Part shown: positions 30,037-40,987 of the stretch, piece after piece | Position numbering within the stretch: position 1 is the first letter of the stretch | Layout: every line of letters begins with the position of its first letter | DNA from: Clostridia bacterium | GTDB taxonomy: Bacteria > Bacillota > Clostridia > CAKSNL01 > HGM11501 | NCBI GenBank assembly: GCA_045545475.1 | Contig: JAZQAZ010000047.1 | Coordinates: 1 to 64,000 of the forward strand | Direction: 5' to 3' | DNA: 64,000 nucleotides | Notes under the pieces: model-generated | What the model saw: the letters and a program-made list of their open reading frames with translations, nothing else | What the model was told of the DNA's origin: nothing | Database searches by the model: none | Made by a program: the position numbers and the translations under genes

Positions 30037-30856
30037 TATAAAAATCATGATTACCTATGCTCTTATAAAACGTTCTGTTTTTTATTATCCAGGAACTTTC
30101 CGCTTTTCTGGGATTTAAGAAAAACAGGCTTTTTCCTGCGGTATTTTCTCCGGAAAGAGCCTTCTTTGCGGCGGAAATACTTTTGTAGGAAGGGGTTTTG
30201 TAAATACTTCCGTTTAACACCGGCTCAAACTGGACTCCGCCCTTTTTGTCGAAAATTACACCGTAAATGGTATTCGGGAAATGCTTTGATGCAACTCGGT
30301 TAAGTACCACATTTCCCACGGCGACAAGCCCTCCTTCAGGTTCGCCGTCAGCTTCCGCATGGATGATTTTGGAAAGCCAGTAAACCTCATCCTGATTGTA
30401 TGTGGTATCACGGAGAGAGGAAGGGACTTTTATACCGTCTTTTTCAATTAAAACTCTGTAATACTCATCATCCCAGGAAACTTCGGAATTGTAATTCTCC
30501 GAAACAAAGCGTACGGGAACGAAAATTCTTCCGTCCCGGATATAGCTTTTCACAACCTGTTTTTTTCCGTTTACATAGCAAAGATTATCGTCAGGCAAAA
30601 AGCGTAAGGAGGTGTAATCATCCTCTATGAGAGCAAAGCGGGAATCATCGTCCCAAAAACAGGAAAGCCCCAAAGACTCGCTTACAGCACGTATTGGAAC
30701 ATATACGGAGCCTGTTTTTATAAAAGGTTTAGAGTCGGTATAAATCTTTGTGCCGTTTACTTCAATGTCAATAATCATACTTTCTGCATTTATGCTTTGT
30801 CCTGTGGGAAGAAGGGCGAAAAAAACAAAAAGTAAAAAAATGTATAAAAATTTCAC
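30032..30856 (-). CDS. SleB-like cell wall hydrolase with copper-amine-oxidase N-terminal domain
   Basis: YVPIRAVSE/FVPVRFVSE repeats, LSKIIHAEA.GE, VGNVVLNRV..FPNTI, IGNHDFY; GTG start with AGGAGG RBS. Confidence 0.9.
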   Translation of the reverse strand: MKFLYIFLLFVFFALLPTGQSINAESMIIDIEVNGTKIYTDSKPFIKTGSVYVPIRAVSESLGLSCFWDDDSRFALIEDDYTSLRFLPDDNLCYVNGKKQVVKSYIRDGRIFVPVRFVSENYNSEVSWDDEYYRVLIEKDGIKVPSSLRDTTYNQDEVYWLSKIIHAEADGEPEGGLVAVGNVVLNRVASKHFPNTIYGVIFDKKGGVQFEPVLNGSIYKTPSYKSISAAKKALSGENTAGKSLFFLNPRKAESSWIIKNRTFYKSIGNHDFYI

Positions 30857-30958
30857 GCTAATCCTCCTTTCGTACATTTTTCGACATAAAAAAGTCACGC
30901 TCCTATATTAGCAAAAGGAACGTGACTTTTCAATGCAAAATATATGGTATAAAAGTAA

Positions 30959-31666
30959 TTATATGGCACTTCCGCCGTCAACCGTCAGAATCTGCCCGGT
31001 TATGAAAGAAGAGCTTTCAGTGGAAAGAAAATAAACACTTTCAGCCACTTCTTTTGGGGTACCTCCACGCATTAAGGGGGTTTCTGAAAAGAAGGCTTCT
31101 TTATCTTCCTCGGTTAAAACACTGTTCATTTTCGTGTCAATAAAGCCGGGAGCAACTGCATTTACACGGATATTTGAGGGTCCGTATTCCTTGGCGAGTG
31201 CTTTTGTAAGGCCAATAACCCCTGCCTTTGCCGCAGAGTATACGCTTTCCATGGAAGCACCGGTGATGCCCCATATAGATGATATGTTTACGATTGCTCC
31301 GGATTGACTTTTAACCATATAAGAAAGTGCTTCACGGCATGCATAAAAGGTGCCGTATAAATCAATTTTCATGATGCGGTCAAACTCTTCATCGGAAACA
31401 TCTGTGGCTAAATTGCTCTTTGCAATTCCCGCATTATTTATAAGAATGTCACAGCCTTTTGTTTTTGCAAAGGCTTCTTTTACGGAAGCGGAATCGGAGA
31501 CGTCCACTTTTATGGGAGTTATGCCCGGCATTTTATTTTTCATGGCAAAAATTTCATCCTCGGAAGAAAAATACCCTGCATATACAAGGAAACCGTTATG
31601 GTAAAATTTCTCAGTTATTGCCTTGCCGATACCGCCGGATGCACCTGTAATAAAAACTTTCTTCAT
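30959..31666 (-). CDS. SDR oxidoreductase, FabG/YmfI-like
   Basis: TGASGGIG, NNAG, NISSIWG, YSAAK, VAPGFIDT. Confidence 0.9.
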   Translation of the reverse strand: MKKVFITGASGGIGKAITEKFYHNGFLVYAGYFSSEDEIFAMKNKMPGITPIKVDVSDSASVKEAFAKTKGCDILINNAGIAKSNLATDVSDEEFDRIMKIDLYGTFYACREALSYMVKSQSGAIVNISSIWGITGASMESVYSAAKAGVIGLTKALAKEYGPSNIRVNAVAPGFIDTKMNSVLTEEDKEAFFSETPLMRGGTPKEVAESVYFLSTESSSFITGQILTVDGGSAI

Positions 31667-31722
31667 ACAATCACCTTTGTAAGAAAAGGGCTTGTGAAAT
31701 CACAAACCCTTTATTAATTTAA

Positions 31723-33135
31723 TTAAAATGCAAGTCTCTCTTCAATGTAGGACTTAACCTGATCAATGGGAATACGGATCTGCTCCATTGTGTCACGGTC
31801 ACGAAGTGTTACGCAGTTATCTGCGGGAGTGTTTTCGTCACCAACAGTCTGGAAGTCAACTGTGATGCAGAAGGGGGTACCGATTTCGTCCTGTCTTCTG
31901 TAACGCTTACCGATGGAACCTGCTTCGTCATATTCGCACATAAAGTACTTGGAAAGTTCGGAATAAACTTCTTCAGCCTTTTCGGAAAGCTTCTTTGAAA
32001 GAGGTAAAACTGCTGCCTTGATGGGAGCAAGAGCGGGGTGGAAGTGAAGAACTGTTCTTACGTCACCCTCTGCAATTTCTTCTTCATCATAAGCTTCAAC
32101 CAAGAAGGCAAGAACAACACGGTCTGCACCCAAGGAAGGCTCAACAACGTAAGGAGTGTATTTTTCGTTTGTTATGGGATCCATGTAAGTAAGCTCTTCG
32201 CCTGAGTGATTGGTGTGCTGAGTTAAGTCGAAGTCTGTTCTGTCAGCAATACCCCAAAGTTCGCCCCAACCGAAGGGGAACATAAACTCGATGTCTGTTG
32301 TAGCTTTGGAATAGTGAGAAAGTTCTTCAGGGCTGTGATCACGGAACTTTAAGCTCTCTTCGCGAACGCCGAGGGAGTAAAGCCAGTTCTTGCAGTAATC
32401 TTTCCAGTACATAAACCAGTCAAGGTCTGTTCCGGGAGCACAGAAGAACTCAAGTTCCATCTGCTCAAACTCTCTGGTACGGAAAGTAAAGTTACCGGGA
32501 GTGATTTCGTTACGGAAGGACTTACCTATCTGTGCGATACCGAAGGGAACCTTACGTCTTGTGGTTCTCTGTACGTTCTTGAAGTTTACGAAAATACCCT
32601 GAGCAGTTTCGGGACGAAGGTAAATTTCGTTCTTTGCATCTTCTGTTACACCCTGGAAGGTCTTGAACATAAGATTGAACTTACGGATATCTGTGAAATT
32701 GTGAGCTCCGCAGTCGGGGCAGGCAATGTTGTTTTCGCGGATGAATTCAAGCATTTTTTCGTTGCTCCAACCGTCAACTACTATTGATTCGCCCTTTTCG
32801 TGGCAGAAGTCTTCAATTAACTTATCTGCTCTGAAACGGGATTTGCATTCCTTACAGTCCATGAGGGGGTCGGAGAAACCGCCAACGTGACCGGATGCAA
32901 CCCAAACCTGGGGATTCATAAGTATTGCGGCGTCAAGTCCCACATTGTACTTTGACTCCTGCACGAATTTTTTCCACCATGCTCTTTTAACGTTGTTCTT
33001 AAGCTCAACTCCTAAAGGACCGTAATCCCAGGTGTTTGAAAGACCGCCGTATATTTCGGAACCGGAATATACAAATCCTCTGCCCTTACAGAGAGCAACA
33101 ACCTTTTCCATGGTTTTCTGTTCATTTTTCATCAT
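31723..33135 (-). CDS. glyQS: glycine--tRNA ligase (alpha2 type)
   Basis: [60 protein letters not shown]. Confidence 0.97.
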   Translation of the reverse strand: MMKNEQKTMEKVVALCKGRGFVYSGSEIYGGLSNTWDYGPLGVELKNNVKRAWWKKFVQESKYNVGLDAAILMNPQVWVASGHVGGFSDPLMDCKECKSRFRADKLIEDFCHEKGESIVVDGWSNEKMLEFIRENNIACPDCGAHNFTDIRKFNLMFKTFQGVTEDAKNEIYLRPETAQGIFVNFKNVQRTTRRKVPFGIAQIGKSFRNEITPGNFTFRTREFEQMELEFFCAPGTDLDWFMYWKDYCKNWLYSLGVREESLKFRDHSPEELSHYSKATTDIEFMFPFGWGELWGIADRTDFDLTQHTNHSGEELTYMDPITNEKYTPYVVEPSLGADRVVLAFLVEAYDEEEIAEGDVRTVLHFHPALAPIKAAVLPLSKKLSEKAEEVYSELSKYFMCEYDEAGSIGKRYRRQDEIGTPFCITVDFQTVGDENTPADNCVTLRDRDTMEQIRIPIDQVKSYIEERLAF

Positions 33136-33331
33136 AATAAAAACATTCCTTTCACTTTTGCCGCCGGATTGCGGCAATCGCATATTCTTTTGGTATGTAA
33201 ATTACCAATAACATTATTTTAACAAAATAAGAAGATTTGTCAAGTAATAACCTTGATTTTTATAAATTTGTGTGATATAATATATCATTATATATAAATA
33301 AATGTAAAATTTTGAAAGCGAGGTATGCAAA

Positions 33332-34066
33332 ATGTCTGTTCGTTCAAGAAGACAGATAGTTTTTTCGTTCTTTATCGTTGCTCTGGTGGTAGCGGTCATT
33401 GCCGGTGCGGCAGGATATGCAACAGGGTACGGGGTTGAGTCAGAAAAAAGAATTAAGCTGATGGAAGAAAATAAATTGCTTACAGAAAAAAATGCGGAAC
33501 TTTCAGCGATAGAAATTGACATGGAAGAAAAAAATGCCCTCGCTGCCGAGAATGAAGAACTGAAAGCGGAAATTGAAGCAATCAAAGCTGAAAAGACAGC
33601 ACTTGAAGAAAAGGTTACGGAGCTTGAAGGAACTCTTTCCGATACACAGGAAACTCTCAGCGAAACGGAATCTGCACTCAGTGATGCTGAAGCGGAAGCT
33701 AGCGAAGGAGAAAATGGGCCTCAGTCGAAATTCATGGATAAGCTTACGAAGTGGTTTATAATAGGAATTGTAGGCGTGCTTGTGATAATGGGAGTGATGA
33801 TGCTTCTTGTTCCCAAAAACAGCAAAAAGTACGACAGTGATGAGGAAGATGAAGATGATGAGGAAACAGGAGAAGAGTCTTCTGATGTTCCTTTGGCAAG
33901 GGGAGATGCAAAGAAGGAAGAGCCTTTTATGCTGAAAGACGAAGAGGATGTTCAGACCGAAATTGTTTTCCCCGAAGAAAATAAACAAGAAGAAAACAAA
34001 GAATATTCCGTTCCGGATTCTTTAGAGGAACTCATGCGTGAAAGCATAAAGAGGAATGAACAATGA
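33332..34066 (+). CDS. hypothetical membrane protein: TM, coiled coil, TM, acidic tail
   Basis: ORF with GAGGT RBS; heptad E/K/L-rich region between two hydrophobic segments. Confidence 0.7.
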   Translation: MSVRSRRQIVFSFFIVALVVAVIAGAAGYATGYGVESEKRIKLMEENKLLTEKNAELSAIEIDMEEKNALAAENEELKAEIEAIKAEKTALEEKVTELEGTLSDTQETLSETESALSDAEAEASEGENGPQSKFMDKLTKWFIIGIVGVLVIMGVMMLLVPKNSKKYDSDEEDEDDEETGEESSDVPLARGDAKKEEPFMLKDEEDVQTEIVFPEENKQEENKEYSVPDSLEELMRESIKRNEQ

Positions 34067-34239
34067 CAGAAAGAATAATATCAACCGTTCTCTTTTTAAT
34101 AGGCGGTGTCGTCTGCTACGGAGCGGGAAAAATAGCACCCCTTATCTTTAAGGATAAAGTAACGGATGAAAAAATACTTAACGTAAAAATTGCAGGATAT
34201 ATAGTGGTTTTGATTGCACTTTTTATCCTGTTCGTGTAG
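34063..34239 (+). CDS. 58-aa two-TM small protein, absent from ORF track
   Basis: MTERIISTVLFLIGGVVCYGAGKIAPLIFKDKVTDEKILNVKIAGYIVVLIALFILFV; ATGA overlap with upstream stop, ends just before valS RBS. Confidence 0.75.
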   Translation: MTERIISTVLFLIGGVVCYGAGKIAPLIFKDKVTDEKILNVKIAGYIVVLIALFILFV

Positions 34240-34254
34240 AAAGGACATAAGGAA

Positions 34255-36948
34255 ATGATAGAACTTGAAAAAAATTATAACCCGGCCAAGTCCGAGGAAA
34301 AGCTTTATAAAAGATGGGAGGAAAGAGGCTATTTCCACGCAGAAGCAGACCCCGATAAAAAGCCTTATACAATAGTTATTCCTCCTCCCAACGTAACAGG
34401 TCAGCTTCATATGGGTCACGCTTTTGACGAAACACTTCAGGATATACTTATCCGTTTTAAGAGAATGCAGGGTTACTCTGCACTCTGGGTTCCGGGAACA
34501 GACCATGCAGGTATTGCAACACAGATAAAGGTCGAGGCTGAGCTTCGCACAAAAGAAGGTCTTACAAGATATGATCTCGGAAGAGAAAAATTCCTTGAGA
34601 GAGTATGGGACTGGAAAGAAAAATACGGAAGCCGTATTATAAGCCAGCTTAAGAAAATCGGATGCTCTTGCGACTGGGACAGAGAACGCTTCACAATGGA
34701 TGAAGGTTGCTCCAAAGCAGTAAGAGAGGTTTTTGTAAACCTTTATAATAAGGCACTTATATACAGAGGCCCCAGAATCATCAACTGGTGCCCCAACTGT
34801 ATCACAGCTCTTTCAAACGAAGAAGTTGAACATGCTGAGCATGCAGGAAATTTCTGGCACATAAAGTATCAGATAAAGGGCACGGAAGACTATGTTGTTA
34901 TAGCAACTACAAGACCTGAAACCCTTTTCGGTGATACTGCCGTTGCGGTAAACCCCGAGGATGAAAGATATAAAGACATCGTAGGAAAGACGCTTCTTCT
35001 TCCTCTTACCGACAGAGAAATTCCCGTTATTGCCGATGAATATGTTGACAAGGAGTTCGGAACAGGCTGTGTTAAGATTACACCTGCCCACGACCCCAAC
35101 GACTTTGAAGTAGGAAAACGTCACGACCTTGAAATCATAAAGGTTATGAACGACGATGCCACAATGAACTCATATGCAGGAAAATATGAGGGAATGGACC
35201 GTTATGAATGCCGTAAGGCTATGATAAAAGACCTTACCGATATGGGTCTTCTTGTAAAGACTGAAGAGCATTCTCATAACGTAGGTCAGTGCTACCGCTG
35301 CGGAACAACAATCGAGCCAATCGTATCCGATCAGTGGTTTGTTAAGATGCAGCCCCTTGCAGAAGCAGCTATCAAAGCTGTAGACAGCAAGGAAACAGAA
35401 TTCGTTCCGGACCGTTTTTCAAAGACGTATATGAACTGGATGGAAAACGTATACGACTGGTGTATTTCACGTCAGCTCTGGTGGGGACACAGAATTCCTG
35501 CATTTTATTGTGATTCCTGCGGCGAAATGACAGTATCCAAAGAAGACATCACGGTATGTCCCAAGTGCGGAAAGCCCGTACGCCAGGAGGAGGACGTTCT
35601 TGATACATGGTTTTCTTCTGCACTCTGGCCCTTCTCAACACTTGGCTGGCCCGAAAAGACAAAGGATCTTGATTATTTCTATCCCACAAGCACGCTTGTA
35701 ACAGGCTATGACATTATCTTCTTCTGGGTATCCAGAATGATATTCTCCGCCTGTGAGCATACAGGAAAAGCACCCTTCAAGCACGTATTTATCCACGGCT
35801 TGGTTCGTGACGGTAACGGCGAAAAAATGTCAAAATCAAAAGGAAACGGCGTTGACCCCCTTCAGATTATTGATATGTATGGTGCCGATGCACTCCGATT
35901 CACTCTTGTAACAGGTGTTGCACCCGGTAACGATATGAGATTCCCCGTAACCTATGATCCCCCGGTTGAAAAGGGTAAAAACCCCAATCCTGAGGTAAAC
36001 AAGATTGTAGGAGCTCCCGGAGTTGAGGCAAGCCGTAACTTTGCAAACAAGCTTTGGAACGCAGCACGTTTCGTTCTTATGAATCTCGAAACAGATGACT
36101 ACACACTTCCTGCAGAGGACGAGCTTTGTGCAGAGGATAAATGGATTGTAAGCCGCCTTAACACTCTTATCGGCGAAGTTACAAGAAGTCTTGAAAAGTT
36201 TGACATCGGTATTGCTATTTCTGCAATTTACAGCTTCGTATGGGACTGGTACTGTGACTGGTATATTGAACTTGTAAAGCCGAGACTTTACAATAAGGAT
36301 AATCCCACTAAGCTTGCCGCACAGAGAACCCTTGCTTATGTATTAATTAATGCGTTAAAGCTTTTACATCCTGTTATGCCATTCGTAACAGAAGAAATTT
36401 ACACCGCACTTTACGGTGAGGATGAAAGCATTATGGTATCTAAATGGCCCGAATATTCCGATAAGCTCACCTTCAGCGAAGACTTTGCCGAGACCGAGCT
36501 TGTTATAGGTGCAATTCGTGCTGCAAGAAACCTTCGTACTGAAATGAATGTTCCTCCTTCAAAGAAGGCTAAGCTTATCATAGTTTCAGAAAACGATGTG
36601 CCTTTCAGAAAGGGACAGGCGTTCTTTGAGAAGCTTGCATCTGCCTCTGAGGTTGAGTATTTAAATAACGAAGACGGTATTTCCGGTAACACAGTAAGTC
36701 AGGTAACAGAGGGTGCTAAGATTATCATTCCTCTTGACGAGCTTGTTGACAGAGAAAAGGAACTTGAACGCTTAAACGGCGAAAAAGAAAGACTTCTTTC
36801 CGAAATTGCCCGTGTTGAAAAACTTCTTTCTAATCAGGGCTATATCGCAAAGGCTCCCGCCGCTTTGGTTGAAAAAGAAAGAGCGAAGGGTGAAAGCTTT
36901 AAGAAGATGCTCATAGACGTTGAAGAGAGCATAAAGAAATATCAGTAA
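34255..36948 (+). CDS. valS: valine--tRNA ligase
   Basis: [38 protein letters not shown]-terminal coiled coil. Confidence 0.98.
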   Translation: MIELEKNYNPAKSEEKLYKRWEERGYFHAEADPDKKPYTIVIPPPNVTGQLHMGHAFDETLQDILIRFKRMQGYSALWVPGTDHAGIATQIKVEAELRTKEGLTRYDLGREKFLERVWDWKEKYGSRIISQLKKIGCSCDWDRERFTMDEGCSKAVREVFVNLYNKALIYRGPRIINWCPNCITALSNEEVEHAEHAGNFWHIKYQIKGTEDYVVIATTRPETLFGDTAVAVNPEDERYKDIVGKTLLLPLTDREIPVIADEYVDKEFGTGCVKITPAHDPNDFEVGKRHDLEIIKVMNDDATMNSYAGKYEGMDRYECRKAMIKDLTDMGLLVKTEEHSHNVGQCYRCGTTIEPIVSDQWFVKMQPLAEAAIKAVDSKETEFVPDRFSKTYMNWMENVYDWCISRQLWWGHRIPAFYCDSCGEMTVSKEDITVCPKCGKPVRQEEDVLDTWFSSALWPFSTLGWPEKTKDLDYFYPTSTLVTGYDIIFFWVSRMIFSACEHTGKAPFKHVFIHGLVRDGNGEKMSKSKGNGVDPLQIIDMYGADALRFTLVTGVAPGNDMRFPVTYDPPVEKGKNPNPEVNKIVGAPGVEASRNFANKLWNAARFVLMNLETDDYTLPAEDELCAEDKWIVSRLNTLIGEVTRSLEKFDIGIAISAIYSFVWDWYCDWYIELVKPRLYNKDNPTKLAAQRTLAYVLINALKLLHPVMPFVTEEIYTALYGEDESIMVSKWPEYSDKLTFSEDFAETELVIGAIRAARNLRTEMNVPPSKKAKLIIVSENDVPFRKGQAFFEKLASASEVEYLNNEDGISGNTVSQVTEGAKIIIPLDELVDREKELERLNGEKERLLSEIARVEKLLSNQGYIAKAPAALVEKERAKGESFKKMLIDVEESIKKYQ

Positions 36949-36999
36949 TAAAAATCGGGCTTTCACAAGAAAGCCCGATTTTTGAAAGGATTTGTAATT

Positions 37000-38226
37000 A
37001 TGGATAAAAACGAGGCACTTTCTTTCATTCACGGCACACTTAAATTCGGCTCTGTTTTAGGGCTTTCTTCCATAAAAAATCTTATGGAATACCTTGGTAA
37101 TCCGCAAAAGGGAATGAAATTCATCCATGTTGCAGGCACAAACGGCAAGGGCTCGGTATGCTCCATGCTTTCAGAAATGCTTATAAGTGCAGGATATAAT
37201 ACGGGGCTTTATACATCGCCCGCCCTTGTAAACTTCAACGAAAGAATCCGCCTTAACGGAAAAGAAATTTCGGATTTAGACCTTGCATTTTGCACCGAAA
37301 AGGTAAAAGAAGCCTGCAGAAAAATGGAAGAGGGAGGCATGTCGCATCCAACCGAATTTGAAATAGTAACAGCCATTGCCTTTTTATATTATAAAATGAA
37401 AAAGGCTGACATTGTGGTGCTTGAGGTTGGAATGGGCGGAAGGCTGGATGCCACTAATATCATTGAAAATCCTCTTGTTACGGTAATTACTTCCATAAGT
37501 CTGGACCATACGGATAGATTGGGAAGCACAATTTCTGAAATTGCAGGAGAAAAATGCGGAATAATAAAAAAAGGTGCCGTAACCGTTACAAGTGCTTATC
37601 AGAATCCGGAAGCACTCTCCGTCATAGAAAAAACAGCGGAAAATTTAATCGTTGCAAAAAAACCGCAGCTTAAGAATGAAACCTTATCGGGACTAACATT
37701 TGACTATGCGAATATGGAAAATCTCTTTTTGTCACTTACGGGAATCCATCAGCTTGAGAATGCTTCAATTGCGATAGCTGTTGCAAAGGTGATAGGGCTT
37801 TTTGATGAGGATATAAGAAATGGTCTTAAAAATGTAACTCATCCTGCCAGAATGGAAGTGATAAGGGAAAATCCTCCTGTAATACTTGACGGAGCACATA
37901 ACCCTTCCGCAATGGGGCATCTTAAAGAAAACGTGAGAAAATTCCTTAAAGGCTATAAAAGAAATCTTATCATCGGAATGCTTCGTGACAAAGATTATGA
38001 AGAGTGTGCATCTTTAATAGGAGGCGAATTTGACAGAATAATAACCGTTGACGTGCCGGGAAGCCGTGCACTTCCGAAGGAGGAACTTGCCGAAGTTTTG
38101 AAAAAATACTGCAATGATGTAACGTCCATGCCGTTATCTGAGGCGGTTTCAGAAATAAACGAAAAGGAAGCCTTTGTAATTGCAGGCTCCCTTTACATGG
38201 CAGGGGAATTTAAGAAACTTTTATAA
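37000..38226 (+). CDS. folC: folylpolyglutamate/dihydrofolate synthase
   Basis: HVAGTNGKGS, LEVGMGGRLDATN, LDGAHN, GSLY; usual position after valS. Confidence 0.93.
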   Translation: MDKNEALSFIHGTLKFGSVLGLSSIKNLMEYLGNPQKGMKFIHVAGTNGKGSVCSMLSEMLISAGYNTGLYTSPALVNFNERIRLNGKEISDLDLAFCTEKVKEACRKMEEGGMSHPTEFEIVTAIAFLYYKMKKADIVVLEVGMGGRLDATNIIENPLVTVITSISLDHTDRLGSTISEIAGEKCGIIKKGAVTVTSAYQNPEALSVIEKTAENLIVAKKPQLKNETLSGLTFDYANMENLFLSLTGIHQLENASIAIAVAKVIGLFDEDIRNGLKNVTHPARMEVIRENPPVILDGAHNPSAMGHLKENVRKFLKGYKRNLIIGMLRDKDYEECASLIGGEFDRIITVDVPGSRALPKEELAEVLKKYCNDVTSMPLSEAVSEINEKEAFVIAGSLYMAGEFKKLL

Positions 38227-39498
38227 TCATTCTATATCATAAAGAGCGTTTATAATTGTGAAAAGGGTAGGAAAGGAATTCATCAGGTTCCATATTCCTA
38301 TGCCTGAAAGTCCTTTTTCCGATACAAGGTCAAGCTTTGCAAGTATGCTTCTTGCGTCTTCAAACCAAACCTCATGGTTTCTGCCTGAAGAATCTGTATA
38401 ATTAAAATATGGGGATGCGGAAGTCTCGTTGAAACGTATGGGAACGCCATAGCGTCTGGCAATATTTATTGCGGCAACGTTTGATATTGCTCTTGCACGG
38501 CTTTCGCCTGACACATAGGGAAGAGTCCAGTCGTAGCCGTAGTTGGGAACTCCCATCCATATTTTGTTTTGCGGAATTTCTGAAAGGGCGTAGTTAACCA
38601 CCTCCCGGACACGGTTTATGGGTGCAACAGCTAAAGGCGGACCGTAGGTATATCCCCATTCATAGGTCATTAAAAAAACCTTATTGGCATTATAGCCGAG
38701 TAAGCGATAGTCATGTCCTTCGTATAAAACTCCCGCCTGATCGGCTCTTGTTTTCGGGGCGACAGCAACGACGGTTATTTTATCAGGATTGAAAATGCCT
38801 GAAAGCTCTCCTAAAAGATTTGCATATGCCGATGCGTTTCTGCCGTATATATATTCAAAGTCCATGTCCACTCCGTCATAGGAGAGGTTTGCTGCCGTGG
38901 CAGAAATTTCTTTCAAAAGAGCATTTTTTGAACTGATGCTGTTCAATATAGCATCGGAAGCTTCCGAGGAAAAACCACCAGACGGAGAGAGGGTGGAAAC
39001 GGAAAGCAGAGTTTTGACTTTGGCACTTTCGGCAGAAGCTATCAAATCGGAGTCATCAATTGAAATTAAACTGCCGTCGCCTGTTGCTTCATAGGTAAAT
39101 GGCGTTAAATAGGTAAGATATGCAAGTGCATAATTTAATGTGTCTTTCGAAATGGAAGGATAGGCATATCCGTTTACGGAAAGGCGGCCTCTTTTTTTAT
39201 CAGTAAAGGATATTACGAGATTTTTTCCCACCGGAAGATATTCTGAACCGATTAAGGAAGGATTGTTTCTGAGTAGCTCCTTTTCCGTGATGCCAAATGA
39301 GCGGCTGACCGAATATAAACTGTCACCTTCCCTTACGGTATACTCTTTTTCCGGAGTCAATATTATAAGGCTTTGTCCTTCGGTAATCATATAAGGCGGC
39401 ATAATGCCGTTTTGCTCTGCTAAAAAAAGATAGTTTATACCGTATGTATTGGCGATTGAGTAAAGGCTTTCGCCCCGGGATACAGTGTGGATAATCAA
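38227..39498 (-). CDS. LysM x2 + GH18 spore glycosyl hydrolase (YdhD/YaaH-like)
   Basis: two LysM motifs, DGVDMDFEY, MTYEWGY, YGYDW, VWFEDARS; probable TTG start. Confidence 0.9.
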   Translation of the reverse strand: MIIHTVSRGESLYSIANTYGINYLFLAEQNGIMPPYMITEGQSLIILTPEKEYTVREGDSLYSVSRSFGITEKELLRNNPSLIGSEYLPVGKNLVISFTDKKRGRLSVNGYAYPSISKDTLNYALAYLTYLTPFTYEATGDGSLISIDDSDLIASAESAKVKTLLSVSTLSPSGGFSSEASDAILNSISSKNALLKEISATAANLSYDGVDMDFEYIYGRNASAYANLLGELSGIFNPDKITVVAVAPKTRADQAGVLYEGHDYRLLGYNANKVFLMTYEWGYTYGPPLAVAPINRVREVVNYALSEIPQNKIWMGVPNYGYDWTLPYVSGESRARAISNVAAINIARRYGVPIRFNETSASPYFNYTDSSGRNHEVWFEDARSILAKLDLVSEKGLSGIGIWNLMNSFPTLFTIINALYDIE

Positions 39499-39571
39499 GC
39501 TGGCACATCCTTTATATAAAATTAGCTTAAAGTCATGGTATAAAACCATTTTATGAGAAAGGGGAATTTAA

Positions 39572-40270
39572 GTGACTGTGTTTTTTGAAAAACCGCTTCT
39601 GCCGGACGCAGATGCTAACATTTACATAACTTCGGCAGATATTGAAAATGCCGTAAAACCCTTTTTTTCTCCTTTGCTTGACGAGGCTATAAGAAAACAT
39701 TCAGATCTTACGATCTGTCATCTTGGCGGAAAAAGATTTGTAACAGCTTTGGGTACGGGTGAATATTATAAAAAGAAGATACCGAATGCCGAAATCATTG
39801 AAGGAATAACTGAAGTCAAAAGTCCTTATCCGCATGATGCGGCATACTGTGCGGCGGTTTTCGGAAAGTTTGCCGTGGCAAACGAAAAAGTTACGGATCC
39901 GTATCTTCTTTCAATATTAAAGGAAGAGTTTACATTTGTAAATGTCTCTCAGGGATATGCTAAATGTAATATATGCCCTATAAGGGAAAACGCGGTAATC
40001 ACCGAAGATGAGGGGATTTATAGGAAACTGTCTGATTATGTGGATGTTCTTTTAATAAAAAAAGGAAATATTTCCCTTCCGCCATATGAATACGGATTTT
40101 TTGGCGGAAGTACCGGCATGATAGGAAAGGATAAGCTTTTTGTTAACGGAAATATAAAAACTCTTGAAGATGCGGATAAAATTTACACTTTTTTAGAAAA
40201 ATACTCTGTAACGGCAATTGAAAGAGAAGGAAAAATTTCAGATATGGGATCAGTAATAGCCATCATGTAG
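39572..40270 (+). CDS. conserved hypothetical protein (DUF6873-like)
   Basis: HSDL, YPHDAAY, VSQGYAKC, ITEDEG, YGFFGG, DMGS. Confidence 0.65.
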   Translation: MTVFFEKPLLPDADANIYITSADIENAVKPFFSPLLDEAIRKHSDLTICHLGGKRFVTALGTGEYYKKKIPNAEIIEGITEVKSPYPHDAAYCAAVFGKFAVANEKVTDPYLLSILKEEFTFVNVSQGYAKCNICPIRENAVITEDEGIYRKLSDYVDVLLIKKGNISLPPYEYGFFGGSTGMIGKDKLFVNGNIKTLEDADKIYTFLEKYSVTAIEREGKISDMGSVIAIM

Positions 40271-40291
40271 GCTTAAGAAAGGAAGTTTTTC

Positions 40292-40972
40292 TTGGCACTT
40301 AGAATAATCAATCTTCCAAAAGGTGCAAAAAGTGTATTAAAGGATATAATAAAAAGCGACGGAACAGTAAGAAACAAGAGTGAAGCCATTTTTGTACTTT
40401 CGGATTATCTTATTTTATCGGAGGAGCCTTCAGCTGTATATGATATAGCGGAGTTTGTGGCCGGAAATGAGGCAGGAATTTCAGGAAAAATTGCAAAGCG
40501 TGCTTTTTCGATAATGGCAGAGGATAAGGATTTCTCTCTTATCGAAAGAAGAAAGGCAATTATGGAAAGCCTGGCAGAATGTGCAAATGAAACTGAAGAA
40601 CTGAACTTTGAAGGCTTTTTAACTTTCCGTACGGAAAAATACATCCGTCTTTTATACGGGGCGGTGTATAAGGCGGCAGAGGAAGTTTTTTTAGAGCGGG
40701 AATATAAGGAATTGACAGGTCTTTTAAGGGAGTCTGTAAGAGAAACAAGATCTCTTGTCAAAGAAGCACATATCTACGGATGCTTTATTTTTGACGAAAA
40801 CGGAAAAGAAATAACGGCAGAAAAGGGCCTCTATTTAGTAAAGCCTGACAGAATGTTTGAAAGGCTTTTAATTCTTGCCCCTGAAAGAATATATATCCAT
40901 TATCCGCCGGATGCGGAGATGCTTTCGGCGATAGAGGAAGTTTTCGGTCCTAACGTAATTTATATAAACTAA
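40292..40972 (+). CDS. YtxC-like putative sporulation protein
   Basis: LNFEGFLTFR, EREYKEL..LL, LAPERIYIH, IEEVFG. Confidence 0.7.
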   Translation: MALRIINLPKGAKSVLKDIIKSDGTVRNKSEAIFVLSDYLILSEEPSAVYDIAEFVAGNEAGISGKIAKRAFSIMAEDKDFSLIERRKAIMESLAECANETEELNFEGFLTFRTEKYIRLLYGAVYKAAEEVFLEREYKELTGLLRESVRETRSLVKEAHIYGCFIFDENGKEITAEKGLYLVKPDRMFERLLILAPERIYIHYPPDAEMLSAIEEVFGPNVIYIN

Positions 40973-40987
40973 GGAAAAGGTGAAGTT

